NCBI RefSeq assembly: GCF_009914755.1
Contig: NC_060933.1
Strand: one strand, 5' to 3'
DNA: 64,000 bases
From: the human T2T-CHM13v2.0 reference genome, Homo sapiens
In this document: in pieces, positions 1 through 14,419 of the stretch
Numbering within the stretch: the first letter of the stretch is position 1
Layout of the letters: each line of letters starts with the position of its first letter
Translations under genes and position numbers: made by a program
Notes under the pieces: generated by a model
What the model was told of the DNA's origin: nothing
Database searches by the model: none
Seen by the model: only the letters and a program-made list of their open reading frames with translations

Positions 1-1659
1 GGAATGGAGTGGAATGGAATGGAATGGAATGGAACAACCCGAATGGAATGGAATGTAATGGAGAGTAAGGGAGTCGAATAGAATCAATCCGAACGTAATG
101 GAATGGAATGCAACGGAATGGAATGGAATGGAATGGAATGGAATGCAATGGAATGGAATCAACCCGAGTACAATGGAATGGAATGGAATGTAATGGAATG
201 GAATGGAATGGAATGGAATGGAATGGAATGATACGGAATAGAATGGAATGGAACGAAGTGGAATGGAATGGAATGGAATGGAATGGAATGGAATGGAATG
301 GAATGGAATGGAATCGTTCCGAGTGGAATAGGAGGGAATGTATTCGAGTGGAATGGAAAGAAATGGAATCAACCAGAGTGGAATGGAAGGGAATGGAATG
401 GAATGGAAACTAATAGAATGGAATCAACCTGAGTGGAATGGAATGGAAAGGACTGGAATGGAATGGAATGGAATGGAATCAACTCGATTGTAATGGAATG
501 GAATGGAATGGAATGGAATGGAATGGAATGGAATGGAATTGAATTAACCCGAATACAATGGAACGGAATGGAATGGAATGGAATGGAGTGGAATGGAATG
601 GAATCAACCCGAGTGCAGGGGAATGGAATGGAATGGAATGCAATGGAATGGAATCATCCGGAATGGAATGGAATGGAATGGAATGCAAAGCAATGGAATC
701 AACTCGATTGCAATGGAATGGAATGGAATGGAAAGGAATACATTGGATTCAACCCGAGTGGAATGGAATGGAAAGGACTGGAATGGAGTGGAATGGAATG
801 GAATGCAATGGAATGGAATGGAATGGAATCAACTTGATTGGAATGGAGTGGAATGGAATGGAATGGAATCAACCCGACTGCAGGGGAATGGAATGGAATG
901 GAATGCAATGGAATGGATTCAACTTGAATGGAATGGAAAGAATGGAATCAACACGAGTGGAATGGCATGGATTGGAATGGAATGGAATGGAATCAACCCG
1001 AGTACAGGGGAATGGAATGGAATGGAATGCAATGGAATGGAATCATCCGTAATGGAATGGAAAGGAATGGAATGGAATGGAATGGAATGGAATGGAATGG
1101 AATGGAATCAACTCGATTGCAATCGAATGGAATGGAATGGAATTAACCCGAATAGAATGGAATGGAATGGAATGGAACGGAACGGAACGGAATGGAATGG
1201 AATGGAATGGAATGGAATGGAATGGAATGGAATGGAATGGTATGGAATGGAATGGAATGGTACGGAATAGAATGGAATGGAACGAATTGTAATGGAATGG
1301 AATTGAATGAAATGGAATGGAATGGAATGGAATGGAATCAACGTGAGTGCAGGGGAATGTAATGGAACGGAATGCAATGGAATGGAATCATCCGGAATGG
1401 AATGGAATGGAATGGAATGGAATGGAATCAATCCGAGTGCAATGGAATGGAGTGGAATGGAATGGAATGGAATGGAACAACCCGAATGGAATGGAATGTA
1501 ATGGAGAGTAAGGGAGTTGAATAGAATCAATTCGAATGTAATGGAATGGAATGCAACGGAATGGAATGGAATGGAATGGAATGGAATGGTTCCGAGTGGA
1601 ATAGGAGGGAATGTATTCGAGTGGAATGGAAAGGAATGGAATCAACAAGAGTGGAATGG

Positions 1660-2020
1660 AAGGGAATAGAATGGAATGGAAACTAATAGAATGGAATCAA
1701 CCCGAGTGGAATGGAATGGAAAGGACTGGAATGGAATGGAATGGAATGGAATCAACTCGATTGTAATGGAATGGAATGGAATGGAATGGAATGGAATGGA
1801 ATGGAATGGAATGGAATGGAATTAACCCGAATACAATGGAAGGGAATGGAATGGAATGGAAACTAATAGAATGGAATCAACCCGAGTGGAATGGAATGGA
1901 AAGGACTGGAATGGAATGGAATGGAATGGAATCAACTCGATTGTAATGGAATGGAATGGAATGGAATGGAATGGAATGGAATGGAATGGAATGGAATGGA
2001 ATTAACCCGAATACAATGGA
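1660..2020 (+). repeat. 180-bp tandem duplication
   Basis: AACTAATAGA..CCCGAGTGG..AAGGACTGG..CAACTCGATTGTAA..ATTAACCCGAATACAA occurs at 1681 and again at 1861. Confidence 0.85.
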
Positions 2021-3365
2021 ATGGAATGGAATGGAATGGAATGGAATGGAGGGGAATGGAATGGAATCAACCCGAGTGCAGGGGAATGGAATGGAATGGA
2101 ATGCAATGGAATGGAATCATCCGGAATGGAATGGAATGGAATGGAATGCAAAGCAATGGAATCAACTCGATTGCAGTGGAATGGAATGGAATGGAAAGGA
2201 ATACATTGGAATCAACCCGAGTGGAATGGAATGGAAAGGACTGGAATGGAGTGGAATGGAATGGAATGCAATGGAATGGAATGGAATGGAATCAACTTGA
2301 TTGGAATGGAATGGAATGGAATGGAATAGAATGGAATCAACCCGACTGCAGGGGAATGGAATGGAATGGAATGCAATGGAATGGATGCAACTTGAATGGA
2401 ATGGAAAGAATGGAATCAACACGAGTGGAACGGCATGGATTGGAATGGAATGGAATGGAATCAACCCGAGTACAGGGGAATGGAATGGAATGGAATGCAA
2501 TGGAATGGAATCATCCGTAATGGAATGGAAAGGAATGGAATGGAATGGAATGGAATGGAACGGAACGGAACGGAACGGAATGGAATGGAATGGAATGGAA
2601 TGGAATGGAACGGAACGGAACGGAATGGAATGGAATGGAATGGAATGGAACGGAAAGGAATGGAATGGAGTGGAATGGAATGGAATGGAATGGAATTAAC
2701 CGGAATAGAATGGAATGGAATGGAATGGAACGGAATGGAATGGAATGGAAGGGAATGGAATCAACACGACTGCAGGGGAATGGAATGGATTGGAATGCAA
2801 TGGAATGGAATCATCCGGAATGGAATGGAATGGAATGGAATCAACTCCATTGCAATGGAATGGAATGGAATGGAATGGAATCAACTCCATTGCAATGGAA
2901 TGGAATGGAATGGAATGGAATAGAATGGAATGGAATTAACCCGAATAGATGGAATGCAATAGAATGGAATGCAACGGAACCGAATGGAGTGGAATGGAAT
3001 GGAATGGAATCAACCCGAGTACAGGGGAATGGAATGGAATGGAATGCAATGGAATGGAGTCATACGTAATGGAATGGAAAGGAATGGAATGGAATGGAAT
3101 GGAATGGAATGGAATGCAATGGAATGGAATGGAATGGAATGGAATGCAATGGAATGGAATGGAATCAACTCGATGGCAATCGAATTTAATGGAATGGAAT
3201 TAACCCGAATAGAATGGAATGGAATGGAATGGAATGGAACGGAACGGAATGGAATGGAATGGAATGGAATGGAATGGAATGGAATGGAACGGAATGGAAT
3301 GGAATGGAATGGAATGGAATCAACGCGAGTGCAGAGGAATGGAATGTAATGGAATGCAATGGAAT

Positions 3366-3380
3366 GGAATCTTCCGGAAT
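3366..3380. promoter_or_regulatory. Perfect three-pentamer heat-shock element (representative of ~35 copies)
   Basis: gGAAt-cTTCc-gGAAt matches nGAAnnTTCnnGAAn. Other copies include 5932, 6302, 7651 (aTTCc), 9667, 10913, 12326 and 14781 (gGAAa). This is a motif match only; binding is not shown. Confidence 0.55.
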
Positions 3381-6300
3381 GGAATGGAATGGAATGGAAT
3401 GGAATGAAAGGCAATGGATTCAACTCGATTGCAATGCAATGGAATAGAATGGAAGGGAAGGGAATGGAATGGAATGGAATTGAATGGAATGGAATGCCTT
3501 CAAACCGAATGGAATGGAAAGGAATGGAATCAACACGAGTGGAAAGGAATGGAATGGAAAGGAATGGAATGGAATGGAATGGTACGGAATAGAACGGAAA
3601 GGAACGAACTGGAATGGAATGGAATGGAATGGAATGGAATGGAATGGAATGGAATGGAATCGTTCCGAGTGGAATAGGAGGGAATGTATTCGAGTGGAAT
3701 GGAAAGGAATGGAATCAAACAGATTGGAATGGAAGGGAATGGAATGGAATGGAAACTAATAGAATGGAATCAACCCGAGTGGAATGGAATGGAAAGGACT
3801 GGAATGGAATGGAATGGAATGGAATGGAATGGAATCAACTCGATTGTAATGGAATGGAATGGAATGGAATGGAATGGAATGGAATGGAATTAACCCGAAT
3901 ACAATGGAATGGAATGGAATGGAACGGAATGGAGTGGAATGGAATGGAATCAACCCGAGTGCAGGGGAATGGAATGGAATGGAATGCAATTGAATGGAAT
4001 CATCCGGAATCGAATGGAATGGAATGGAATGCAAAGCAATGGAATCAACTCGATTGCAATGTAATGGAATGGAATGGAAAGGAATAGAATGGAATCAACC
4101 CGAGTGGATTGGAATGGAAAGGACTGGAATGGAGTGGAATGGAATGGAATGGAATGGAATTGAATCAACTCGATTGCAATGGAATGGAATGGAATGGATT
4201 GGAATGGAATTAACCCAAATATAATGGAATGGAATGGAATGGAACGGAATGGAATGGAATGGAATGGAATGGAATCAACCCGACTGCAGGGGAATGGAAT
4301 GGAATGGAATGGAATGGAATGGAATGGAATCAACTCGATTGCAATGGAATGGAATGGAATGGAATGGAATCGTATGGAATGGAATGGAATTAACCGGAAT
4401 AGAATGGAATGGAATGGAATGGAACGGAACGGAACGGAATGGAATGGAATGGAATGGAATGGAATGGAATGGAATCAACCCGAGTGCAGGGGAATGGAAT
4501 GGAATGGAATGCAATGGAATGGAATCATCCGGAATGGAATGGAATGGAATGGAATGCAATCAACCTGATACAATGGAATGGAGTGGAATGGAATGGAATG
4601 GAATGGAAACATCCCGAATGGAATGGAATGTAATGGAGTGTAAGGGAATTGAATAGAATCAATGCGAATGTAATGGAATGGAATGGAATGAAATGGAATG
4701 GAATGGAATGGAATGGAATCAACCCGAGTGCAATGGAATGGATTCGAATGGAATGGAATGGAATGGAATGGATTCAACAAGAATGGAATGGAAAGGAATG
4801 GAATCAACCCGAGTGTAATGGCATGGAATGGAACGGAATGGAATGGGATGGAATGGAATGGTACGGAATAGAATGGAATGGAATGAAATGGAATGGAATG
4901 GAATGGAATGGAACGGAATGGAATGAACCCGTGTGCAATGGAATGGAATGGAATGGAATGGATTCAACTCGAATGGAATCAACTCGATTGCAATGGAATG
5001 GAATTGAATTGAATGGAATAGAATGGAATCAAGCCGAGTGGAATGGAATGGAAAGGACTGGAATGGAGTGGAATGGAATGGAATGGAATTAACCCGAATA
5101 CAATGAAATGGAACGGAATGGAATGGAATGTAATGGAATGGAATGGAATGGAATCAACCCGAGAGCAGGGGAATGGAATGGAATGGAATGCAATGGAATG
5201 GAATCATCCGGAATGGAATGGAATGGAATGGAATGGAATGGAATGGAATCAACTCGATTTCAATGGAATGGAATGGAATAGAATGGAATGGAATTAACAC
5301 GAAAGAATGGAATGGAATGGAATGGAATGGAAAAGAAAGGAATGGAATGGAATGGAATGGAATCAACCCAAGTGCAGGGGAATGCAATGCAATGGAATTC
5401 AATGGAATGGAATCATCCGGAATGGAATGCAATGGAATGCATTGGAATGGAATGGAATGGAATCAACCCGAGTGCAATGGAATGGAGAGGAATGGAACGG
5501 AATGGAATGGAAACTACACGAATGCAATGGAATGGAATGGAGTGTAAGGGAATTGAATAGAATGAATCCGAATGGAATGGAATGGAATGGAATGGAAAGG
5601 AATGGAATGGAATGGAATGGAATGGAATGCAATGCCATGGAATCAACCCGAGTGCAATCGAATGGAATCGAATGGAATGGAATGCAATGGAATGGATTCA
5701 ACTTGAATGGAATGGAAAGAATGGAATCAACACGAGTGGAAGGGCATGGATTGGAATGGAATGGAATGGAATCAACTCGATTGCAATCGAAAGAATGGAA
5801 TGGAATTAACCCGAATAGAATGGAATGGAATGGAATGGAATGGAACGGAACGGCATGGAATGGAACGGAATGGAATGGAATGGAATCAACGCGAGTGCAG
5901 GGGAATGGATTGGAATGGAATGCAATGGAATGGAATCTTCCGGAATGGAATGGAATGGAATGGAATAGAATGGAATGGAATGGAATGGAATGGAATCAAA
6001 CCGAGTACAGGGGAATGGAATGGAATGGAATGCAGTGGAATGGAATCATCCGTAATGGAATGGAAAGGAATGGAATGGAATGGAATGGAATGGAATGGAA
6101 TGGAATGGAATCAACTCGATTGCAATCGAATGGAATGGAATGGAATTAACCCGAATAGAATGGAATGGAATGGAACGGAATGGAACGGAACGGAATGGAA
6201 TGGAATGGAATGGAACGGAACGGAACGGAACGGAATGGAATGGAATGGAATGGAATCAACGCGAGTGCAGGGGAATGGAATGGAATGGAATGCAATGGAA

Positions 6301-6399
6301 TGGAATCTTCCGGAATGGAATGGAATGGAATGGAATGGAATGCAATTGATTCAACTCGATTGCAATGGAATGGAATGGAATGGAATGGAATGGAATTGA

Positions 6400-9300
6400 A
6401 TGGAATGGAATTAACCCGAATAGAATGGAATGGAATGGAATGGAATTGAACGGAAAGGAATGGAACGGAACGGAATGGAATGGAATGGAATGGTATGGAA
6501 TGGAATGGAATGGTACGGAATAGAATGGAATGGAAAGAATTGGAATGGAATGGAATCGAACGGAATGGAATGGAATGGAATGGAATGGAATGGAATCAAC
6601 CCGAGTGCAGGGGAATGTAATGGAACGGAATGTAATGGAATGGAATAATCCGGAATGGAGTGGAATGGAATGGAATGGAATCGAATGGAATGGAACCAAC
6701 CCGATTGTGATGGAATGGAATGGAATGGAATGGAATGGAATGGAATTAACACGAATACAATGGAATGTAATGGAATGGAACGGAATGGAGTGGAATGGAA
6801 TGGAATCAACCCGAGTGCAGGGGAATGCAATGGAATGGAATGCAATGGAATGGAATCATCCGGAATGGAATGGAATGGAATGGAATGCAAAGCAATGGAA
6901 TCAACTCGATTGCAATGGAATGGAATGGAATGGAAAGGAATACATTGGAATCAACCCGAGTGGAATGGAATGGAAAGGACTGGAATGGAGTGGAATGGAA
7001 TGGAATGGAAAGGAATGGAATCAACTCGATTGGAATGGAATGGAATGGAATGGAATGGAATGGAATGGAATTAACCCGAATAGAATGGAATGGAATGGAA
7101 TGGAATGGAACGGAACAGAATGGAATGGAATGGAACGGAATGGAATAGAATGGAATGGAATGGAATGGAATGGAATGGAATCAACCCGACTGCAGGGGAA
7201 TGGAATGGAATGGAATGCAATGGAATGGATTCAACTTGAATGGAATGGAAAGAATGGAATCAACACGAGTGGAATGGAATGGATTGGAATGGAATGGAAT
7301 GGAATCAACCCGAGTACAGGGGAATGGAATGGAATGGAATGCAATGGAATGGAATCATCCGTAATGGAATGGAAAGGAATGGAATGGAATGGAATGGAAT
7401 GGAATGGAATGGAATGGAATCAACTCGATTGCAATCGAATGGAATGGAATGGATTTAACCCGAATAGAATGGAATGGAATGGAACGGAACGGAAAGGAAC
7501 GGAACGGAACGGAATGGAATGGAATGGAATGGAATGGAATGGAACGGAAAGGAATGGAATGGAATGGAATGGAATGGAATGGAATGGAATGGAATGGAAT
7601 GGAATCAACGCGAGTGCAGGAGAATGGAATGGAATGGAATGCAATGGAATGGAATATTCCGGAATGGAATGGAATGGAATGGAATGGAATGGAATGGAAT
7701 AAACCCGAGTGCAATGGAATGGAGTGGAATGGAATGGAATGGTATGGAACAACCCGAATGGAATGGAATGTAATGGAGAGTAAGGGAGTTGAATAGAATC
7801 AATCCGAATGGAATGGAATGGAATGGAACGGAATGGAATTGAATGGAATGGAATGGAATGCAATGGAATGGAATCAACCCGAGTGCAATGGATTGGAGAG
7901 GAATGGAATGGAATGGAATGGAAACTACCCGAATGTAATGGAATGTAATGGAGTGTAAGGGAATTGAATAGAATCAATCCGAATGTAATGGAATGGAATG
8001 GAACGGAATGGAATGGAATGGAATGGAATGCAATGGAATGGAATCAACCCGAGTGCAATCGAATGGAATCGAATTGAATGGAGTGCAATGGAATGGATTC
8101 AACTTGAATGGAATGGAAAGAATGGAATCAACACGAGTGGAAGGACATGGATTGGAATGCAATGGAATGGAAACAACCCGAGTACAGGGGAATGGAATGG
8201 AATGGAATGCAATGGAATGGAATCATCCGTAATGGAATGGAAAGGAATGGAATGGAATGGAATGGAATGGAATTGAATGGAATGGAATGGAATCAACACG
8301 ATTGCAATCGAATGGAATGGAATGGAAATAACCGAATAGAATGGAATGGAATGGAATGGAACGGAACGGAACGGAATGGAATGGAATGGAATGGAATGGA
8401 ATGGAAAGGAATGGATTCTTCCGGAATGGAATGGAATGGAATGCAATGGATTCAACTCGATTGCAATGGAATGGAATAGAATGGAATGGAATGGAATGGA
8501 ATTAACCCGAATAAAATGGAATGGAAAGGAATGGAACGGAACGGAATGGAACGGAACGGAATGGAATGGAATGGAATGGAATTGCATGGAATGGAATGGA
8601 ATGGTACGGAATAGAATGGAATGGAAAGAATTCGAATGGAATGGAATCGAATGGAATGGAATGGAATGGAATGGAATCAACCCGAGTGCAGGGGAATGTA
8701 ATGGAACGGAATGTAATGGAATGGAATCATCGGGAATGGAATGGAATACAATGGAAAGGAATGGAATGGAATGGAATGGAACCAACTCGATTGTGATGGA
8801 ATGGAATTGAATGGAATGGAATGGAATGCAATGGAATGGAATGGAATTAACCCGAATACAATGGAATGGAATGGCATGGAACGGAATGGAGTGGAATGGA
8901 ATGGAATCAACCCGAGTGCAGGAGAATGGAATGGAATGGAATGCAATGGAATGGAATCATCCGGAATGGAATGGAATGGAATGGAATGCAAAGCAATGGA
9001 ATCAACTCGATTGCAATGGAATGGAATGGAATGGAAAGGAATACATTGGAATCAACCCGAGTGGAATGGAAGGGAAAGGACTGGAATGGAGTGGAATGGA
9101 ATGGAATGGAATGGAATGGAATGGAATTAACCCGAATAGAATGGAATGGAATGGAATGGAATGGAACGGAACGGAACGGAATGGAATGGAATGGAATGGA
9201 ATGGAATGGAATCAACCCGACTGCAGGGGAATGGAATGGAATGGAATGCAATGGAATGGATTCAACTTGAATGGAATGGAAAGAATGGAATCAACACGAG

Positions 9301-10300
9301 TGGAATGGCATGGATTGGAATGGAATGGAATGGAATCAACCCGAGTACAGGGGAATGGAATGGAATGGAATGCAATGGAATGGAATCATCCGTAATGGAA
9401 AGGAAAGGAATGGAATGGAATGGAATGGAATGGAATCAAATCGATTGCAATCGAATGGAATGGAATGGAATTAACCCGAATAGAATGGAATGGAGTGGAA
9501 TGGAATGGAACGGAGCGGAACGGAACGGAATGGCATGGAATGGAATGGAATGGAATGGAATGGAATGGAACGGAAAGGAATGGAATGGAATGGAATGGAA
9601 TGGAATGGAATGGAATGGAATGAACGCGAGTGCAGGGGAATGGAATGGAATGGAATGCAATGGAATGGAATCTTCTGGAATGGAATGGAATGGAATGGAA
9701 TGGAATGCAATGGAATAAACCTTAGTGCAATGGAATGGAGTGGAATGGAATGGAATTGAATGGAACAACCCGAATGGAATGGAATGTAATGGAGAGTAAT
9801 GGAGTTGAATAGAATCAATCCGAATGTAATGGAATGGAATGGAACGGAAAGGAATTGAATGGAATGGAATGGAATGCAATGGAATGGAATCAACCCGAGT
9901 GCAATGGAATGGAGAGGAATGGAATGGAATGGAATGGAAACTACCCGAATGGAATGGAATGTAATGGAGTGTAAAGGAATTGAATAGAATCAATCCGAAT
10001 GTAATGGAATGGAATGGAACGGAATGGAATGGAATGGAATGCAATGGAATGGAATGGAATGCAATGGAATGGAATCAACCCGAGTGCAATCGAATGGAAT
10101 CGAATGGAATGGAATGCAATGGAATGGATTCAACTTGAATGGAATGGAAAGAATGGAATCAACACGACTGGAATGGCATGGATTGGAATGCAATGGAATG
10201 GAATCAACCCGAGTACAGGGGAATGGAATGGAATGGAATGCAATGGAATGGAATCATCCGTAATGGAAAGGAAAGGAATGGAATGGAATGGAATGGAATG
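6400..10300 (+). repeat. Older tandem duplication, unit ~2.0-2.1 kb
   Basis: Collinear markers: AAAGAATT (~6534/~8625), AACCAAC..GATTGTGA (~6694/~8780), AAAGC (~6889/~8990), ATAAACC (~7699/~9715), GAGAGTAA (~7776/~9792) and AAACTACC (~7922/~9938). The copies differ by several substitutions. Confidence 0.75.
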
Positions 10301-11799
10301 GAATCAAATCGATTGCAATCGAATGGAATGGAATGGAATTAACCCGAATAGAATGGAATGGAGTGGAATGGAATGGAACGGAGCGGAACGGAACGGAATG
10401 GCATGGAATGGAATGGAATGGAATGGAATGGAATGGAACGGAACGGAACGGAATGGAATGGAATGGAATGGAATGGAATCAACCCGACTGCAGGGGAATG
10501 GAATGGAATGGAATGCAATGGAATGGATTCAACTTGAATGGAATGGAAAGAATGGAATCAACACGAGTGGAATGGCATGGATTGGTATGGAATGGAATGG
10601 AATCAACCCGAGTACAGGGGAATGGTATGGAATGGAATGCAATGGAATGGAATCATCTGTAATGGAATGGAAAGGAATGGAATGGAATGGAATGGAATGG
10701 AGTGGAATGGAATGGAATCAACTCGATTGCAATCGAATGGAATGGAATGGAATTAACCCGAATAGAATGGAATGGAATGGAATGGAACGGAACGGAATGG
10801 AATGGAATGGAATGGAACGGAACGGAATGGAATGGATGGAATGGAATGGAATGGAATGGAATGGAATCAACGCGAGTGCAGCGGAATGGAATGGAATGGA
10901 ATGCAATGGAATGGAATCTTCCGGAATGGAATGGAATGGAATGGAATGGAATGAAATGCAATTGATTCAACTCGATTGCAATGGAATGGAATAGAATGGA
11001 ATGGAATGGAATAGAATGGAATGGAATTAACCCGAATAGAATGGAATGGAAAGGAATGGAACGGAATGGAACGGAATGGAATGGAATGGAATGGAATGGA
11101 ATGGAATGGAATGGAATGTTATGGAATGGAATGGAATGGTACGGAATAGAATGGAATGGAACGAATTGTAATGGAATGGAATTGAATGGAATGGAATGGA
11201 ATGGAATGGAATCAACGCGAGTGCAGGGGAATGGAATGGAACGGAATGCAATGGAATGGAATCATCCGGAATGGAATGGAAAGGAATGGAATGGAATGGA
11301 ATCAACCCGAGTGCAATGGAATGGAGTGGAATGGAATGGAATGGAATGGAACAACCCGAATGGAATGGAATGTAATGGAGAGTAAGGGAGTTGAATAGAA
11401 TCAACCCGAATGTAATGGAATGGAATGGAACGGAATGGAATGGAATGGAATGGAATGGAATGGAATGGAATGGAATGGAATGCAATGGAATGGAATCAAC
11501 CCGAGTACAATGGAATGGAATGGAATGGAATGGAATGGAATGGAATGGAATGCCTTCAAACCGAATGGAATGGAAAGGAATGGAATCAACACGAGTGGAA
11601 TGGAATGGAATGGAATGGAATGGAATGGAATGGAATGATACGGAACAGAATGGAATGGAACGAAATGGAATGGAATGGAATGGAATGGAATGGAATGGAA
11701 TGGAATGGAATCGTTCCGAGTGGAATAGCAGGGAATGTATTCGAGTGGAATGGAAAGGAATGGAATCAACCAGAGTGGAATGGAAGGGAATGGAATGGA

Positions 11800-11950
11800 A
11801 TGGAAACTAATAGAATGGAATCAACCCTAGTGGAATGGAATGGAAAGGACTGGAATGGAAAGGAATGGAATGGAATGGAATGGAATGGAAACTAATAGAA
11901 TGGAATCAACCCTAGTGGAATGGAATGGAAAAGACTGGAATGGAAAGGAG
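11800..11950 (+). repeat. 85-bp tandem duplication
   Basis: AAACTAATAGAATGGAATCAACCCTAGTGG at 11804 and 11889. Both copies carry the CCCTAGT variant. Confidence 0.8.
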
Positions 11951-14419
11951 TGGAATGGAATGGAATGGAATGGAATGGAATGGAATCAACCCGAGTGCAG
12001 GGGAATGGAATGGAACGGAATGCAATGGAATGGAATCATCCGGAATGGAATGGAATGGAATGGAGTGGAATCAACCCGAGTGCAATGGAATGGAGTCGAA
12101 TGGAATGGAATGGAATGGAACAACCCGAATGGAATGGAATGTAATGGAGAGTAAGGGACTTGAAAATAATCAATCCGAATGTACTGGAATGGAATGGAAC
12201 GGAATGGAATGGAATGGAATGGAAGGGAATGGAATGGAATGCAATGGAATGGAATCAACCCGAGTACAATGGAATGGAATGGAATGGAATGGAATGGAAT
12301 GGAATGGAATGGAATGCAATGGATTGGAATCTTCCGGAATGGAATGGAATGGAATGGAATGGAATGCAATGGATTCAACTCGATTGCAATGGAATGGAAT
12401 AGAATGGAATGGAATGGAATGGAATGGAATGGAATTAAACCGAATAGAATGGAATGGAATGGAATGGAACGGAACGGAACGGAACGGAATGGAACGGAGT
12501 GGAATGGAATGGAATGGAATTGTATGGAATGGAATGGAATGGTACGGAATAGAATGGAATGGAAAGATTTGGAATGGAATGGAATCGAATGGAAAGGAAT
12601 GGAATGGAATGGAATCAACCCGAGTGCGGGGGAATGTAATGGAACGGAATGCAAAGGAATGGAATCATCCGGAATGGAATGGAATGGAATGGAATGGAAT
12701 GGAATCAATCCGAGTGCAATGGAATGGAGTGGAATGGAATGGAATGGAATGGAACAACCCGAATGGAATGGAATTTAATGGAGAGTAAGGGAGTTGAATA
12801 GAATCAATCCGAATGTAATGGAATGGAATGCAACGGAATGGAATGGAATGGAATGGAAAGGAATGCAATGGAATGGAATCAACCCGAGTACAATGGAATG
12901 GAATGGACTGGAATGGAATGGAATGGAATGGAATGGAATGGAATGGAATGCCTTCAAACCGAATGGAATGGAAAGGAATGAATTCAACACGAGTGGAATG
13001 GAATGGAAAGGAATGGAATGGAATGATACGGAATAGAATGGAATGGAACGAAATGGAATGGAATGGAATGGAATGGAATGGAATGGAATGGAATGGAATG
13101 GAATGGAATGGAATCGTTCCGAGTGGAATAGGAGGGAATGTATTCGAGTGGAATGGAAAGGAATGGAATCAACCAGAGTGGAATGGAAGGGAATGGAATG
13201 GAATGGAAACTAATAGAATGGAATCAACCCGAGTGGAATGGAATGGAAAGGACTGGAATGGAAAGGAATGGAATGGAATGGAATGGAATGGAATGGAATG
13301 GAATCAACGCGAGTGCAGGGGAATGGAATGGAATCGAATGGAATGGAATGGAATGGAATGGAATCAACCCGATTGCAGGGGAATGTAATGGAACAGAATG
13401 CAATGGAATGGAATCATCCGGAATGGAATGCAATGGAATGGAATGGAATCAACCCGAGTGCAATGGAATGGAGTGGAATGGAATGGAATGGAATGGAACA
13501 ATCCGAATGGAATGGAATGTAATGGAGAGTAAGGGAGTTGAAAAGAATCAATCCGAATGTAATGGAATGGAACTGAATGGAATGGAATGGAATGGAATGG
13601 AATGGAATGCAATGGAATGGAATCAACCCGAGTACAATGGAATGGAATGGAATGGAATGGAATGGAATGGAATGGAATGGAATCATACGGAATAAAATGG
13701 AATGGAACGAAATGGAATGGAATGGAATGGAATGGAATGGAATGGAATGGAATCGTTCCAAGTGGAATAGGAGGGAATGTACTCGAGTGGAATGGAAAGG
13801 AATGGAATCAACCAGAGTGGAATGGAAGGGAATGGAATGGAATGGAACTAATAGAATGGAATCAACCCGAGTGGAATGGAATGGAAAGGACTGGAATGGA
13901 ATGGAATGGAATGGAATCAACTCGATTGTAATGGAATGGAATGGAATGGAATGGAATGGAATGGAATGGAATGGAATTGAAAGGAATGGAATGGAATCAA
14001 CCCGAGTGCAATGGAATGGAGTGGAATGGAATGGAATGGAATGGAACAACCCGAATGGAATGGAGTGGAATGGAGAGTAAGGGAGTTGAATAGAATCAAT
14101 CCGAATGTAATGGAATTGAATGGAACGGAATGGAATTGAATGGAATGGAATGGAATGCAATGGAATGGAATCAACCCGAGTGCAATGGAATGGAGGGGAA
14201 TGGAATGGAATGGAATGGAAACTACCCGAATGGAATGGAATGTAATGCAGTGTAAGGGAATTGAATAGAATCAATCCGAATGTAATGGAATGGAATGGAA
14301 CGGAATGGAATGGAATGGAATGGAATGGAATGGAATGGAATGGAATGCAATGGAATGGAATCAACCCGAGTGCAATCGAATGGAATCAAATTGAATGGAA
14401 TGCAATGGAATGGATTCAA

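Noticed and set aside
61-95. DUX4-like sites in GAATAGAATCAATCC and GAATTGAATCA
   Set aside because: They lack the leading TAA of the TAAYBBAATCA consensus, so the match is too weak to call.
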